A stretch of 63,026 nucleotides of DNA. Origin: Actinomycetes bacterium (lineage in GTDB: Bacteria > Actinomycetota > Acidimicrobiia > Acidimicrobiales > JABEUL01). How positions within the stretch are numbered: position 1 is the stretch's first letter; each line of letters begins with the position of its first letter. The position numbers and the translations under genes were made by a program. The DNA lies in contig JAJYDO010000004.1 of NCBI GenBank assembly GCA_021777355.1, forward strand, positions 1 through 63,026, written 5' to 3'. The notes under the pieces are model-generated. The model did no database searches. It was not told where the DNA came from and was given only the letters and a program-made list of their open reading frames with translations. This document shows positions 1-9,600 of this stretch, in pieces.

Positions 1-38
1 AAGGCATTACCACTACGACCACATGACTGGCATGGCGA

Positions 39-3000
39 GTGGAACTACAATATTGGACAAGTGGGGCGACGGAACGTGCCCAAGTAGTTCATTCTCGGAG
101 CCTAAGTCTTGTAGGGAAAGACTTAGTCAGCGGTCTAGGTTTTGGAATATCTACAATTTCAGGTCGCTCCAATGTGCTCACTATTGATGGAAGTACTAAA
201 CGTGCTGTAGCGGTATTTCTATACGATGGTGAGACCTTTGAGGATTCACTTGAAAGTTTTAATGGGACCACTGCGGTTTCCCATGCACTTGCAGTTGCCG
301 ACAAAGAAAACCTTCCGTGGGTGGTGCTAACTCGTGGGAGAGAGATCCGACTTTATGCGGCAAAACCTGATGTTGGAGTTGGAAGAAAAGGCCGCTCTGA
401 GACATTTGTCGAGGTCAATTTATCATTACTACCAGATGACAAGGCCGGTTATTTAACCCTCTTATTTGGTGCAAATGCACTCCGTTCCGGGGGGACATTA
501 GAAGAGGTTTTGGAAAGATCAGAGGACTTTTCAGCATCATTAGCCATCAGACTTCGACAGCGAGTTTACTTTGATACAGTTCCGGCTCTAGCGACAGCGA
601 TTGCAAAACGCCTAGATAATACAACGACTTTAAGTGAAAAGGATCTCCAGGCTGCCTACGAGCAAACTTTGGTCATATTATTTAGACTTCTCTTCGTAGC
701 CTACGGTGAAGATCGTGACTTACTCCCATACAGGTCGAACTCCAAATACGCTGATCATTCTCTGAAACGAATTGCGAGACATCTAAGTGATGATCTTCGT
801 AATGACGCAATAAATTTTGACCCAGAGGCATCAGATCTTTGGGAGGATGTGGTCCAACTTTGGGGAGCAGTTGACAAAGGAAACACATCCTGGGGGCTAC
901 CAGCCTACAACGGCGGTTTGTTTTCCGGTGAAGCCGATGTTAATCACTCTGGTGCAGCACTGGCGGGAATAAGGCTACAAGACTCCGAATTTGGGCCTGC
1001 TTTATTAAGTCTTCTAGTCGATGAAGGCCCAGATGGAGTAGTTGGACCTGTAGATTTTAGAAGTCTTTCAGTTAGAGAGTTCGGGACAATATATGAAGGA
1101 CTCCTAGAATCCATGCTATCTGTAGCTCAAAGTGACCTTACAGTGGACAAAAAAGGTGACTATGTTCCTGCTCGCGAAAAGGACACCGTAGAGTATCCAG
1201 CTGGAACTATCTACTTCCACAACCGTTCAGGAGCGAGGAAATCTTCAGGATCTTATTTCACAAAGCCATTCGCAGTTGAACACCTTCTCGACCAAGCATT
1301 AGAGCCAGCGCTTGACAAACATCTTGAGCGCATTTCAGCATTGCTAGATGATGGAGACGATGCAAAAGCAGCTGATTTGTTCTTCGATTTTCGATGCGTT
1401 GATCTGTCGTGTGGATCTGGTCACTTTTTAGTCGCAACTGTTGATCGAATTGAAGCCAGATTTGCCAACTTCTTAAGTATGCACCCGATTCCAGCAGTGA
1501 CTAAAGAGTTAGTTCTCTTAAAAAATGCTGCAAGAGAACATCTTGGAGACTTGGCAGACAGCGTCGAGATTGAAACCACAAGTTTGTTGAGAAGACAGGT
1601 AGCAAGACGCTGTGTTTATGGCGTAGATGCCAATCACATTTCAGTCGAATTGGCTCGATTGGCGATTTGGATTCATACATTTGTCCCTGGACTCCCACTT
1701 TCGTTTTTAGACCATTCCTTGAGGCATGGGGACTCACTAACAGGGATAGGAACACCTGAGGAAGCATTAGATGTTGTTGATCCAAAAGCTAAAAGAAGCA
1801 TTGACGGCTCGCTTTACCGCACTGGTCTCGAAGAGTTCCTTGGCAGAGCCTCTAATTCCCTACGTCGACTAGCGACTATTTCAGAGAGTAGCTCGCAAGA
1901 AATTAAGGAGGCACGAAAAGCTCACCTGGAAGCGCAAGAAGCAGTGAAACCAGCTCGTCAACTCTTTGATTTGATCGTTGCTGCAAGAGTAAATGGACGA
2001 AATAATCTAATAGAGATTTCTGAAGAAAGACTGGCAAATAATATATATCTTTCAGATGCTGAAAAGACCGTGGCAAAGCTCACATCGCTCCATTTCCCTA
2101 TTGCTTTCCCAGAGGTGTTTATTCGCGAAAATCCTGGTTTTGATTGCATATTAGGTAATCCACCCTGGGAAAAGGCGAAAGTAGAGGAGTTAGGATTTTT
2201 CTCTCTCCGATATCCGGGTCTCCGGAGTTTAAATCAGGCGCGTCAACGGGACAGGATAGGCTATTTACGTACTAGCCGGCCCGATCTTGTCATGGAGTAT
2301 GAGGCGGAGGTAAAAATAGCACAATCTGTCAGAAAGCTCCTTCTTGCAGGACCTTACCCAGGGATGGGGCAAGGGGATCCCGATCTGTATAAAGCATTTG
2401 CCTGGCGCTTTTGGAGCTTGATTAGGGAGGGAGGCCATATAGGAGTAGTTCTTCCACGCTCAGCCCTAACTGCCAAAGGGAGTGCTCCCTGGCGCCTGGA
2501 GATTCTCGATCACGGTTGTTTCAAAGATGTCACCATGATCCTTAACAATGCCCAGTGGTTCTTTGAAGATGTGCACCCGCAATATACCATCGGTCTTGTG
2601 ACTATAACTAAAGGTGATGAATTTGTAGGAGATATTGGAATTAGGGGACCCTATAATTCTCTACCTGCATATGAATCAGGCATGAAGATTTCGACGACAG
2701 AATTTAAAGCAAGTGATTTTAAGTCCTGGTCTGAAGGAGCTTCATTCCCACTAATTCCAAGTGACGCTGCCTCTAGAGTGTTTAGAAAGTTGCGTTCACA
2801 CCCACGCCTTGGCAATGGTGGCGATTGGAGTTGCAGACCATATGCTGAATTTCACCCGACTCATGATAAACACCTGTTTGAACTAGATCCAACCGATACA
2901 GCAGGACTCTGGCCTGTATACAAGGGTGCTTCTTTTGATATTTGGGAACCAGATCGGGGATTGTCGCACTATTATGCTTTCGCTGATCCCAAAAAGGTAC

Positions 3001-3638
3001 TGCCCGTTCTTCAGGCGAAGAGGAAAAACAGTGCCAGAGGAAGAAGCGGAGTCTTTTCGGGATTCTCAGCCAGTTTCATAAATGACCCCAATACGTTGCC
3101 GTGCCTGTCACCTCGCATAGCCTTTCGAGATATTACTCGTTCGACGGATACGCGAACTTTGAGAGCTTGCCTAATACGACCCGAGGTTGTGATCACAGGT
3201 AAAGCACCGTACCTATTATGGCCGAAAGGTGATGAGCGAGATCAAGCCTATTTGCTTGGTGTTCTTTGTTCAATGCCGCTCGACTGGTACGGACGATGTG
3301 TTGTGGAGATTGACGTGACCTATTACCTTTTTAATGCTCTCCCTATCCCTCGACCCAGCCGAGACGATCCCATTAAGCGACGAATTGAAATTATTGCAGG
3401 CCGTCTGGCTACCCCAACTGAGGAATTCAGTAATTGGGCAAAAGCCGTAGGAGTTGAAGTTGGATCCGTCACCGATGATGAAAAGCCGGAACTCGAAGCT
3501 GAACTCGAAGCTTTAGTTTCTCGTCTTTATGGCCTAAACGAATCTGACATTAAGGTCATATATGACACGTTTCACGTTGGTGCTGATTATTCAGATAGGT
3601 GTAAATCTGTGCTTAAGTACTTCAGGCTAAATAAGTGA
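39..3638 (+). CDS. Large N6-adenine DNA methyltransferase, Eco57I/type IIG-like (DrmMI/PglX-like architecture); start uncertain
   Basis: RKSSGSYFT, motif I VDLSCGSGHFL, YGVD, motif IV GNPPW, C-terminal TRD-like region; WVVLTRGREIRLY resembles the type IIG W-x-LTNG-xx-WRLY motif. Confidence 0.85.
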   Translation: MELQYWTSGATERAQVVHSRSLSLVGKDLVSGLGFGISTISGRSNVLTIDGSTKRAVAVFLYDGETFEDSLESFNGTTAVSHALAVADKENLPWVVLTRGREIRLYAAKPDVGVGRKGRSETFVEVNLSLLPDDKAGYLTLLFGANALRSGGTLEEVLERSEDFSASLAIRLRQRVYFDTVPALATAIAKRLDNTTTLSEKDLQAAYEQTLVILFRLLFVAYGEDRDLLPYRSNSKYADHSLKRIARHLSDDLRNDAINFDPEASDLWEDVVQLWGAVDKGNTSWGLPAYNGGLFSGEADVNHSGAALAGIRLQDSEFGPALLSLLVDEGPDGVVGPVDFRSLSVREFGTIYEGLLESMLSVAQSDLTVDKKGDYVPAREKDTVEYPAGTIYFHNRSGARKSSGSYFTKPFAVEHLLDQALEPALDKHLERISALLDDGDDAKAADLFFDFRCVDLSCGSGHFLVATVDRIEARFANFLSMHPIPAVTKELVLLKNAAREHLGDLADSVEIETTSLLRRQVARRCVYGVDANHISVELARLAIWIHTFVPGLPLSFLDHSLRHGDSLTGIGTPEEALDVVDPKAKRSIDGSLYRTGLEEFLGRASNSLRRLATISESSSQEIKEARKAHLEAQEAVKPARQLFDLIVAARVNGRNNLIEISEERLANNIYLSDAEKTVAKLTSLHFPIAFPEVFIRENPGFDCILGNPPWEKAKVEELGFFSLRYPGLRSLNQARQRDRIGYLRTSRPDLVMEYEAEVKIAQSVRKLLLAGPYPGMGQGDPDLYKAFAWRFWSLIREGGHIGVVLPRSALTAKGSAPWRLEILDHGCFKDVTMILNNAQWFFEDVHPQYTIGLVTITKGDEFVGDIGIRGPYNSLPAYESGMKISTTEFKASDFKSWSEGASFPLIPSDAASRVFRKLRSHPRLGNGGDWSCRPYAEFHPTHDKHLFELDPTDTAGLWPVYKGASFDIWEPDRGLSHYYAFADPKKVLPVLQAKRKNSARGRSGVFSGFSASFINDPNTLPCLSPRIAFRDITRSTDTRTLRACLIRPEVVITGKAPYLLWPKGDERDQAYLLGVLCSMPLDWYGRCVVEIDVTYYLFNALPIPRPSRDDPIKRRIEIIAGRLATPTEEFSNWAKAVGVEVGSVTDDEKPELEAELEALVSRLYGLNESDIKVIYDTFHVGADYSDRCKSVLKYFRLNK

Positions 3639-6600
3639 CACTTGACCCAAAGCCTGATTTTGCTACTAATCGACCTGGAGAGAGGGTCGCTGATGCAATT
3701 GTTGGCTTTCTAGAGGGGCTGCAAGAAAAACTTAGCGTAGCACCACAAGTATTAATTGCTTCAGCGTATTTTAATCCCGCTGGATTTGAATTACTCGCAG
3801 ACTCTTTGGAGAAATGTGGGTCAGTGAAGCTTCTTTTAGGAGCTGAACCCCTAAGGCGTGATAATCATATTCGAAGTCTAAAATCTTCTATTGGTCCAGC
3901 TAGAGCGAGTAGTGAAAGACTTAAAAGTGCACTATCAGACCATACTGCAACTATGGCAGTCGATCGTGACTTACTCGGCTTTACCTTTGAAGCCGATGCT
4001 TCTGCGAGACGACTAGTTAAGTGGTTGGAGTCAGGAAAAGTTGAGGTTCGAAGGCTTGAGAGCTCTTTCTTGCATGGTAAAGCATTCATTGTCACAACTT
4101 ATGACGAGGGGATAATAGCTGGATCATCTAACTTTACCTACGCAGGACTCGCTACAAATGTTGAGTTAAATCTTGGCAATTACGAAGCGCATGTGGTTAG
4201 AAAAGCTGGAGACTGGTTTGACGAACTCTGGGATGAGTCAGTTGAATTTGCTCTAAGTGCAATATATAAAGCCCGCTATGTGGAACACTCGCCATATTTG
4301 ATATTCCTTCGAATGCTTTTTGAGCGCTACGGTGCTGAACTAGAGGAAGAAAGGAATGGAACTGGTGTATCGAAGATCCAGCTCACTACTTTCCAGCGTG
4401 ATGGCCTGTGGAGAGCTAAGAGAATATTAGGAGACTACCATGGCGTAGTTATAGCTGACGAGGTTGGACTTGGAAAGACATATTTGGCGGGAGAGCTAAT
4501 TCGAAAGGCTGTCGAAGAGGACCGGCAAAGGGTACTTCTCATTGCCCCAGCTACTCTTAGGGACGGACCATGGGCCAAGTTCTTTTCAAATCAGCAACTT
4601 GGAGTTGAGAAGATCTCTTTTGAAGAACTTGCAGATGACGTAAATCTTAACCCTGATGCAAGAGGGAGCTATCTCAAGAATAAGCCAAAAGAGTATTCAA
4701 TGATTGTCATTGATGAAGCTCATGCCTTAAGGAACCCTTCAACTCTGAGAGCTAATGCGCTAAGACAGCTTTTATCTGGCTCACCACCTAAAAAAGTAGT
4801 CTTGTTAACTGCAACTCCTGTGAACAATAGTCTTTGGGACCTTTACTGGTTGCTCACTTACTTTATTCGAAACGATGCAGTATTTGCTGACGCTGGAATA
4901 AAGTCCATTAAAGATCACTTTGCAGCTGCTATGGCCATGAATCCTGATGATCTTTCACCTGAGCACCTCTTTGATATATTAGATGCTGTTGCAGTACGGA
5001 GAACTAGAGAGTTTGTAAAAACTCACTATAGGAATGACACAGTTGTAATAGATGGAAACCCAGTACCAATTGTCTTTCCAACTCCAAGAGTCCGCAAAGT
5101 CACTTACGATCTCGATGATGTTCTACCTGGATTCTTTGATCGATTTGCCCATGCATTAGATGGCACTGCAGTAGGTCCTGGGGATCCAACAGTACTTTCA
5201 CTTGCCAGATATTCACCTAGCCAATACCGGTTGGATAATAATTTAGAACCCCATGAAATTCAACTCGCCGGACTTTTGAGATCAGGATTGTTAAAGCGAT
5301 TTGAATCATCAGCTCATAAATTTGCCAGAACTTGTAGGAAAATGGCGGCTAATCACGATGCTTTTCTAACACTTTTGGAACAAGGCAAAGTTGGAAAAGG
5401 TGAAGTACTTGCTGACTGGATTGCAACTGATGCAGACGATGAAGAGGAGATGAACGAGTTTTTGTCTGCTCACGCCCTTGCCTTAGACTCGGCCAGTGAA
5501 TACGATGCCGAGCTACTCTCAGCAAATGCCGCATCGGACCGAGATCTTCTTTTAAGTTTTGCTGGGGTTGCAGAAAGTGTAGAGCCCGCCACAGATCCAA
5601 AGCTTTCCCAGCTAATTGAGGAATTAGCAGAGATTGCACAAGAGGCTAAATCAGAAGGTATCGGAGAGGTAGATGCCCGAGATAAACGCAAAGTACTAGT
5701 ATTTTCCTACTTTGCTGACACGGTGGAGTGGATTGCTAATTTTGTTTTGGAGAAGGTAAATGCAGATCCTCGGTTGGCCGACTTTAAAGGAAGAGTCACA
5801 AGTATCTCAGGTACTGGTGGATCTAAACATGAAGTTCTTTGGGGATTTGCTCCACGGACCACTGAAGCACCACCTGGGGCTGATGAGGATAAATACGACA
5901 TTGTTGTCACAACTGATGTATTAGCTGAAGGCGTGAACTTGCAACAAGCACGCCATATTATTAATTACGACCTTCCATGGAACCCAATGCGCCTGGTACA
6001 GCGTCATGGTCGAATTGACCGAATCGGCTCCAATCATAAGGAAGTATTCCTACGGTGCGTATTTCCAGATGCTCAACTAGATGACCTTCTAGGCTTAGAG
6101 GAACGCCTTCACCGAAAAATTGCTCAAGCTGCTGCTGCAGTTGGAGTGGCAGAAATTCTTCCTGGAAGTCGAGCTAATGAAATAAATCTTGCAGATTCCA
6201 GAGAAGAGATTGAAAGACTGAGACACGAGGACGCATCTTTATTTGAAAAAGGCGGAAGTGGCCGTTCATCGCTATCAGGCGAAGAGTATCGGCAGGAGTT
6301 AAAAACAGCTCTACAACATAGCGATCTGGCAGAAAGTATTCGCCACCTCCCGTGGGGGTCAGGATCCGGAATGGCCATTAGTAACTATGGGGGGGAGCCA
6401 GGGTTTGTCTTCTGTACACGAATTGCAGATCATCCAAGGCCAGTTTTCCGGTTTATCCCTTCATCAAATCTAAGTCAGCCTCCAGTTAGGGATACCCTTA
6501 CCTGCATTGACATGGCTCGACCACGAGATGGATTTGACACGCCAAGAGTATTAGATGACAACACGGCTGAAGGAGCTTACGTGGCCTGGACTCGTGCGGT

Positions 6601-6949
6601 AGATGACATAGTGGAGAAATGGAATGAAGCAGCTGATCCTGCAAATCTTGCCCCATCTATACCACTTGCAATGCATCGAGCCGCTAAATTAGTGCTTGAC
6701 CACCGACCTAATGAAATGACAATTGAGGCCTCCGAGAAACTAATAGATGCTCTTCAGGCTCCTTACCCGGAGCGAATTGTCCGGTTAGTTCGATCGTTAC
6801 TTTCGACGGATGCTGTTCCTGAAGAAATTGTGAGACTAATTGACAAAACGGTCACTGAACTTGGACTCGAACCAAGCCCTCCTCCAACTCCGCTTCCAGA
6901 GATCACATCAGTCGATGTAAATCTTATTTGTTGGACAGCACTCGTTTAA
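3635..6949 (+). CDS. PLD-nuclease/SNF2-family helicase fusion
   Basis: N-terminal PLD LHGK...GSSNFT; helicase motifs DEVGLGKT, DEAH, TATP, EGVNLQ, QRHGRIDRIG; GTGA overlap with the MTase stop. Confidence 0.9.
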   Translation: MTLDPKPDFATNRPGERVADAIVGFLEGLQEKLSVAPQVLIASAYFNPAGFELLADSLEKCGSVKLLLGAEPLRRDNHIRSLKSSIGPARASSERLKSALSDHTATMAVDRDLLGFTFEADASARRLVKWLESGKVEVRRLESSFLHGKAFIVTTYDEGIIAGSSNFTYAGLATNVELNLGNYEAHVVRKAGDWFDELWDESVEFALSAIYKARYVEHSPYLIFLRMLFERYGAELEEERNGTGVSKIQLTTFQRDGLWRAKRILGDYHGVVIADEVGLGKTYLAGELIRKAVEEDRQRVLLIAPATLRDGPWAKFFSNQQLGVEKISFEELADDVNLNPDARGSYLKNKPKEYSMIVIDEAHALRNPSTLRANALRQLLSGSPPKKVVLLTATPVNNSLWDLYWLLTYFIRNDAVFADAGIKSIKDHFAAAMAMNPDDLSPEHLFDILDAVAVRRTREFVKTHYRNDTVVIDGNPVPIVFPTPRVRKVTYDLDDVLPGFFDRFAHALDGTAVGPGDPTVLSLARYSPSQYRLDNNLEPHEIQLAGLLRSGLLKRFESSAHKFARTCRKMAANHDAFLTLLEQGKVGKGEVLADWIATDADDEEEMNEFLSAHALALDSASEYDAELLSANAASDRDLLLSFAGVAESVEPATDPKLSQLIEELAEIAQEAKSEGIGEVDARDKRKVLVFSYFADTVEWIANFVLEKVNADPRLADFKGRVTSISGTGGSKHEVLWGFAPRTTEAPPGADEDKYDIVVTTDVLAEGVNLQQARHIINYDLPWNPMRLVQRHGRIDRIGSNHKEVFLRCVFPDAQLDDLLGLEERLHRKIAQAAAAVGVAEILPGSRANEINLADSREEIERLRHEDASLFEKGGSGRSSLSGEEYRQELKTALQHSDLAESIRHLPWGSGSGMAISNYGGEPGFVFCTRIADHPRPVFRFIPSSNLSQPPVRDTLTCIDMARPRDGFDTPRVLDDNTAEGAYVAWTRAVDDIVEKWNEAADPANLAPSIPLAMHRAAKLVLDHRPNEMTIEASEKLIDALQAPYPERIVRLVRSLLSTDAVPEEIVRLIDKTVTELGLEPSPPPTPLPEITSVDVNLICWTALV

Positions 6950-6969
6950 CGAATTTCATGATAAATCAA

Positions 6970-7027
6970 TGATTTCCCATTTATCTCCCATTGATCTCCA
7001 GATCTTGGAAGGCGATTGATTTCCATT
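6970..7027 (+). repeat. Imperfect 11-bp-period direct repeats (possible integrase arm-type sites)
   Basis: TGATTTCCCAT 6970, TTATCTCCCAT 6981, TGATCTCCAGA 6992, TGATTTCCATT 7017. Confidence 0.4.
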
Positions 7028-7251
7028 TGTTGGCGTGGGCGCTGCGTATACGGCGGTAGCCTTTCCAGCTAAGTTGACTTTGGAAGCCTGGAAGAGGAAC
7101 ACTTCGGTAGCAAGTAATGAAATGAAAGCACATTACTAGCCTCGCTCCAGTAATCTATTCATACGAAGAGTTCGGCGCGCTTGCCGGTTGCCAACGAGTC
7201 CCCGAGCTTTCTAATATCATCTACATTGAATAATTCCACCTGCACTTAGGT

Positions 7252-8637
7252 TCAGAGCGTGAGCGCTCGGCTAAAAGCAAAAGTCGAGTTTAGATCCCAT
7301 GGAATTACACTGGCTTGAACGTTATCTGCGCACTGAAGGTCGACGCTCACGACAGAAAAGTTAGGGCCATCATGTAGGATGCGAAGCAGGTCTGAAATAA
7401 CTAGTGAGCCAGCAAATGCACCTACAAATGCCGCTCCAACATTTACCCCAGCAATTTCAAGCATCCCACAACGGACAGCATCTTCCTTGCCTCCTTCTCT
7501 AATCAGATTGTCAATCTCATTTTCGTAAGCATTCGACAAGACCGGGGAGGCCAGACTTCTTTCTGGGAAAGCTTCCGCTGGGCCTTGAATCGCAGGAAAG
7601 GTGTGAGTGGTGATACCTAAGTAGTTGGAATATCCTGATCCGAGTCCTCCGTCAACCACTCGCAAGAATCCTCCATTACCCAGGTCTAGACGAGGACTTC
7701 GCTTGTCGAATCCCGAAAGGGCAACTGTCGGTTCATTACGCGTCCTGTCCAAGCGGAATGTGCTGTCGAATGCTCTCTCCACGATCGTTGTTTCGAAGCG
7801 TAGGCTCTCGAGAGCCGACGCCACTACGCGTGTCTTCCGACGATCAATCACGTTATCTGATCCATTAACGAGTAGCTGGGTTGCAATGTTGCCTTTTACA
7901 ACTTTGTCGAAGTCGATAAGTCCAACGTGCGTTTCTTTAGGGTTTTCATATGGCAACATGCCAAGAACCCATGAATACGCTTGCCCAAGATGACCAAGAC
8001 CTAGTAGCCAAATCTTGCTGGGAAGAAACTCTAAAGCAGGGCCAACTGCATTCTCATCGCGCCAGTTGCAAAGAGGATTCCAAAGTGAAATACCGATATC
8101 ACGCCGACTAGCAACTGGCTCACCTAGGGCGTTCTGAAATACTTCCGAGATTCCGAGTGCTCCAGCTGCAACACCAGCTGGCACAATACCGCTATTTTTC
8201 AAGACATGATCAAATTTTTGAACCACACCGCCTGACCAGCCTGAATACGTTATATGAAGGACCGGCTTACCGATGGGATCTTCTGGTCGAGCGACTGCAA
8301 GGGTTGGTTTGTTGGGATTAAGACTTTTGACAACCGTCCCTCCGAAAAGGTTAACCGCATCGGCAACGTTGAGCCCAAATCCCCAAGGAACGCGTAATTG
8401 GACATTCTTGCTAATCGCAACGTTTATTCCACCTAAAAATGCCCTGTGGCCTGCATTTACTATAGTGAGTAGGGCTGCTTGGGCCGCAGTGTCATCACCG
8501 ATGTCGTCACCAACGCTGACTTGGAGGACAAGGGTTTCCAAGAAATTAATAGCCTCGCGAGGACTGTTACAAGCCTTTGAGTCAACTAACAACTTTGCGG
8601 TGCGGTTTATAGTGTCCGGGTTTTCGTTCCAGCTCAT
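7252..8637 (-). CDS. bilD: E1/ThiF-family ubiquitin-like activating enzyme (BilD-like)
   Basis: GLGHLG nucleotide-binding loop, DFDKV, RKTR, GFDK, DGGLG, candidate catalytic Cys in AVRCGM (7468-7470); start moved to ATG 8637 (ATGA overlap with JAB stop, AAGGAGGAGG RBS). Confidence 0.85.
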   Translation of the reverse strand: MSWNENPDTINRTAKLLVDSKACNSPREAINFLETLVLQVSVGDDIGDDTAAQAALLTIVNAGHRAFLGGINVAISKNVQLRVPWGFGLNVADAVNLFGGTVVKSLNPNKPTLAVARPEDPIGKPVLHITYSGWSGGVVQKFDHVLKNSGIVPAGVAAGALGISEVFQNALGEPVASRRDIGISLWNPLCNWRDENAVGPALEFLPSKIWLLGLGHLGQAYSWVLGMLPYENPKETHVGLIDFDKVVKGNIATQLLVNGSDNVIDRRKTRVVASALESLRFETTIVERAFDSTFRLDRTRNEPTVALSGFDKRSPRLDLGNGGFLRVVDGGLGSGYSNYLGITTHTFPAIQGPAEAFPERSLASPVLSNAYENEIDNLIREGGKEDAVRCGMLEIAGVNVGAAFVGAFAGSLVISDLLRILHDGPNFSVVSVDLQCADNVQASVIPWDLNSTFAFSRALTL

Positions 8638-9125
8638 GGGAACCTCCTCCTTAAAGAAATTCGCTTTTTGGCCTCTCGTCCTGTCCATGAAGTCCAGTTT
8701 CCGCCATCGTAGCGGTGGATGCCCACCTCATATCGAGCGATTGAGTGGCACCCAAGATCTGGCAGAATCAGGGCAATGTGGCCTTTTTGTGCAATCATTG
8801 GATTTGCAGCATCGATAATGCTTTGACGTACCTGGGTGCCAGGATGAGTGTGCACGTCGCCAACGACTTTGCATTTTTCATTTTTGCAAACATCCCAAAG
8901 TTTGCTATAGGCTCGACCGTCAAAATGAATTCCACCTTTCAAACATTTAGGGTCGAGATCATCAAAATATACAACTCTACTTATAAGCCTAGGATCGCCA
9001 TCAATGTTGGCAAGAAGAAAGGCACCTGATTCCTTTATGCAATGACCGCGCGCACCTAGCTCGGCAATCATTGCATCCCAATCAGACAACCTCATCCGAA
9101 TAAGTGATCTTCTTGCTTTAAACAC
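8634..9125 (-). CDS. bilC: JAB/JAMM metallo-isopeptidase (BilC-like deubiquitinase)
   Basis: ESGAFLL catalytic Glu plus HTH-x7-S-xx-D (HTHPGTQVRQSIID) JAMM motif. Confidence 0.9.
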   Translation of the reverse strand: MFKARRSLIRMRLSDWDAMIAELGARGHCIKESGAFLLANIDGDPRLISRVVYFDDLDPKCLKGGIHFDGRAYSKLWDVCKNEKCKVVGDVHTHPGTQVRQSIIDAANPMIAQKGHIALILPDLGCHSIARYEVGIHRYDGGNWTSWTGREAKKRISLRRRFP

Positions 9126-9600
9126 CTATATACTCATCAGAATTCAAAAGTCCATGTAAGTTTTCAAGAATGAAAGTGAGATCTCGGCTGCTATTCCACG
9201 CAAAATGTGGGGCTTCTTGCTGCCAGTTAGGGTGGGCTTGAAGACCCAACCGATCCCATGGAGCGTACATGGCGTTGTCGCCAGCAACCCAACGATCAGC
9301 CCGAAAGACCAGGGCGAGTTTATCGCCCTTTGGTCGTTTATTTTGTGGTAGTGACGTGCCTGCCTCAGCATCCCAAATCCCTCCGGTAGGAGCCACATTC
9401 GGATAACCACTTAACTCGAAACGAACGACAAATTCAGTTGGGGCGCTTCCACGCGGCGCTGCTGAGATTGCGACTAAGGCAAATGGCCATTCTAAAGATA
9501 AAAGACGCCACATACCTGATTCCACACCCGACCGAAAGCCACCTCCAGCAAGGTGACCACGGAGTGTGCGTTCATCGGGAGCCATAGTTATGGCTGTCAT
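9118..9600 (-). CDS. bilB: Prokaryotic E2-like protein (BilB-like), contains no cysteine
   Basis: E2-type GYP-xx-AP motif (LSGYPNVAPT), Y-x-P-W-DR...H-xx-W...W; lies between Ubl and JAB with overlapping ends. Confidence 0.75.
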   Translation of the reverse strand: MTAITMAPDERTLRGHLAGGGFRSGVESGMWRLLSLEWPFALVAISAAPRGSAPTEFVVRFELSGYPNVAPTGGIWDAEAGTSLPQNKRPKGDKLALVFRADRWVAGDNAMYAPWDRLGLQAHPNWQQEAPHFAWNSSRDLTFILENLHGLLNSDEYIGV

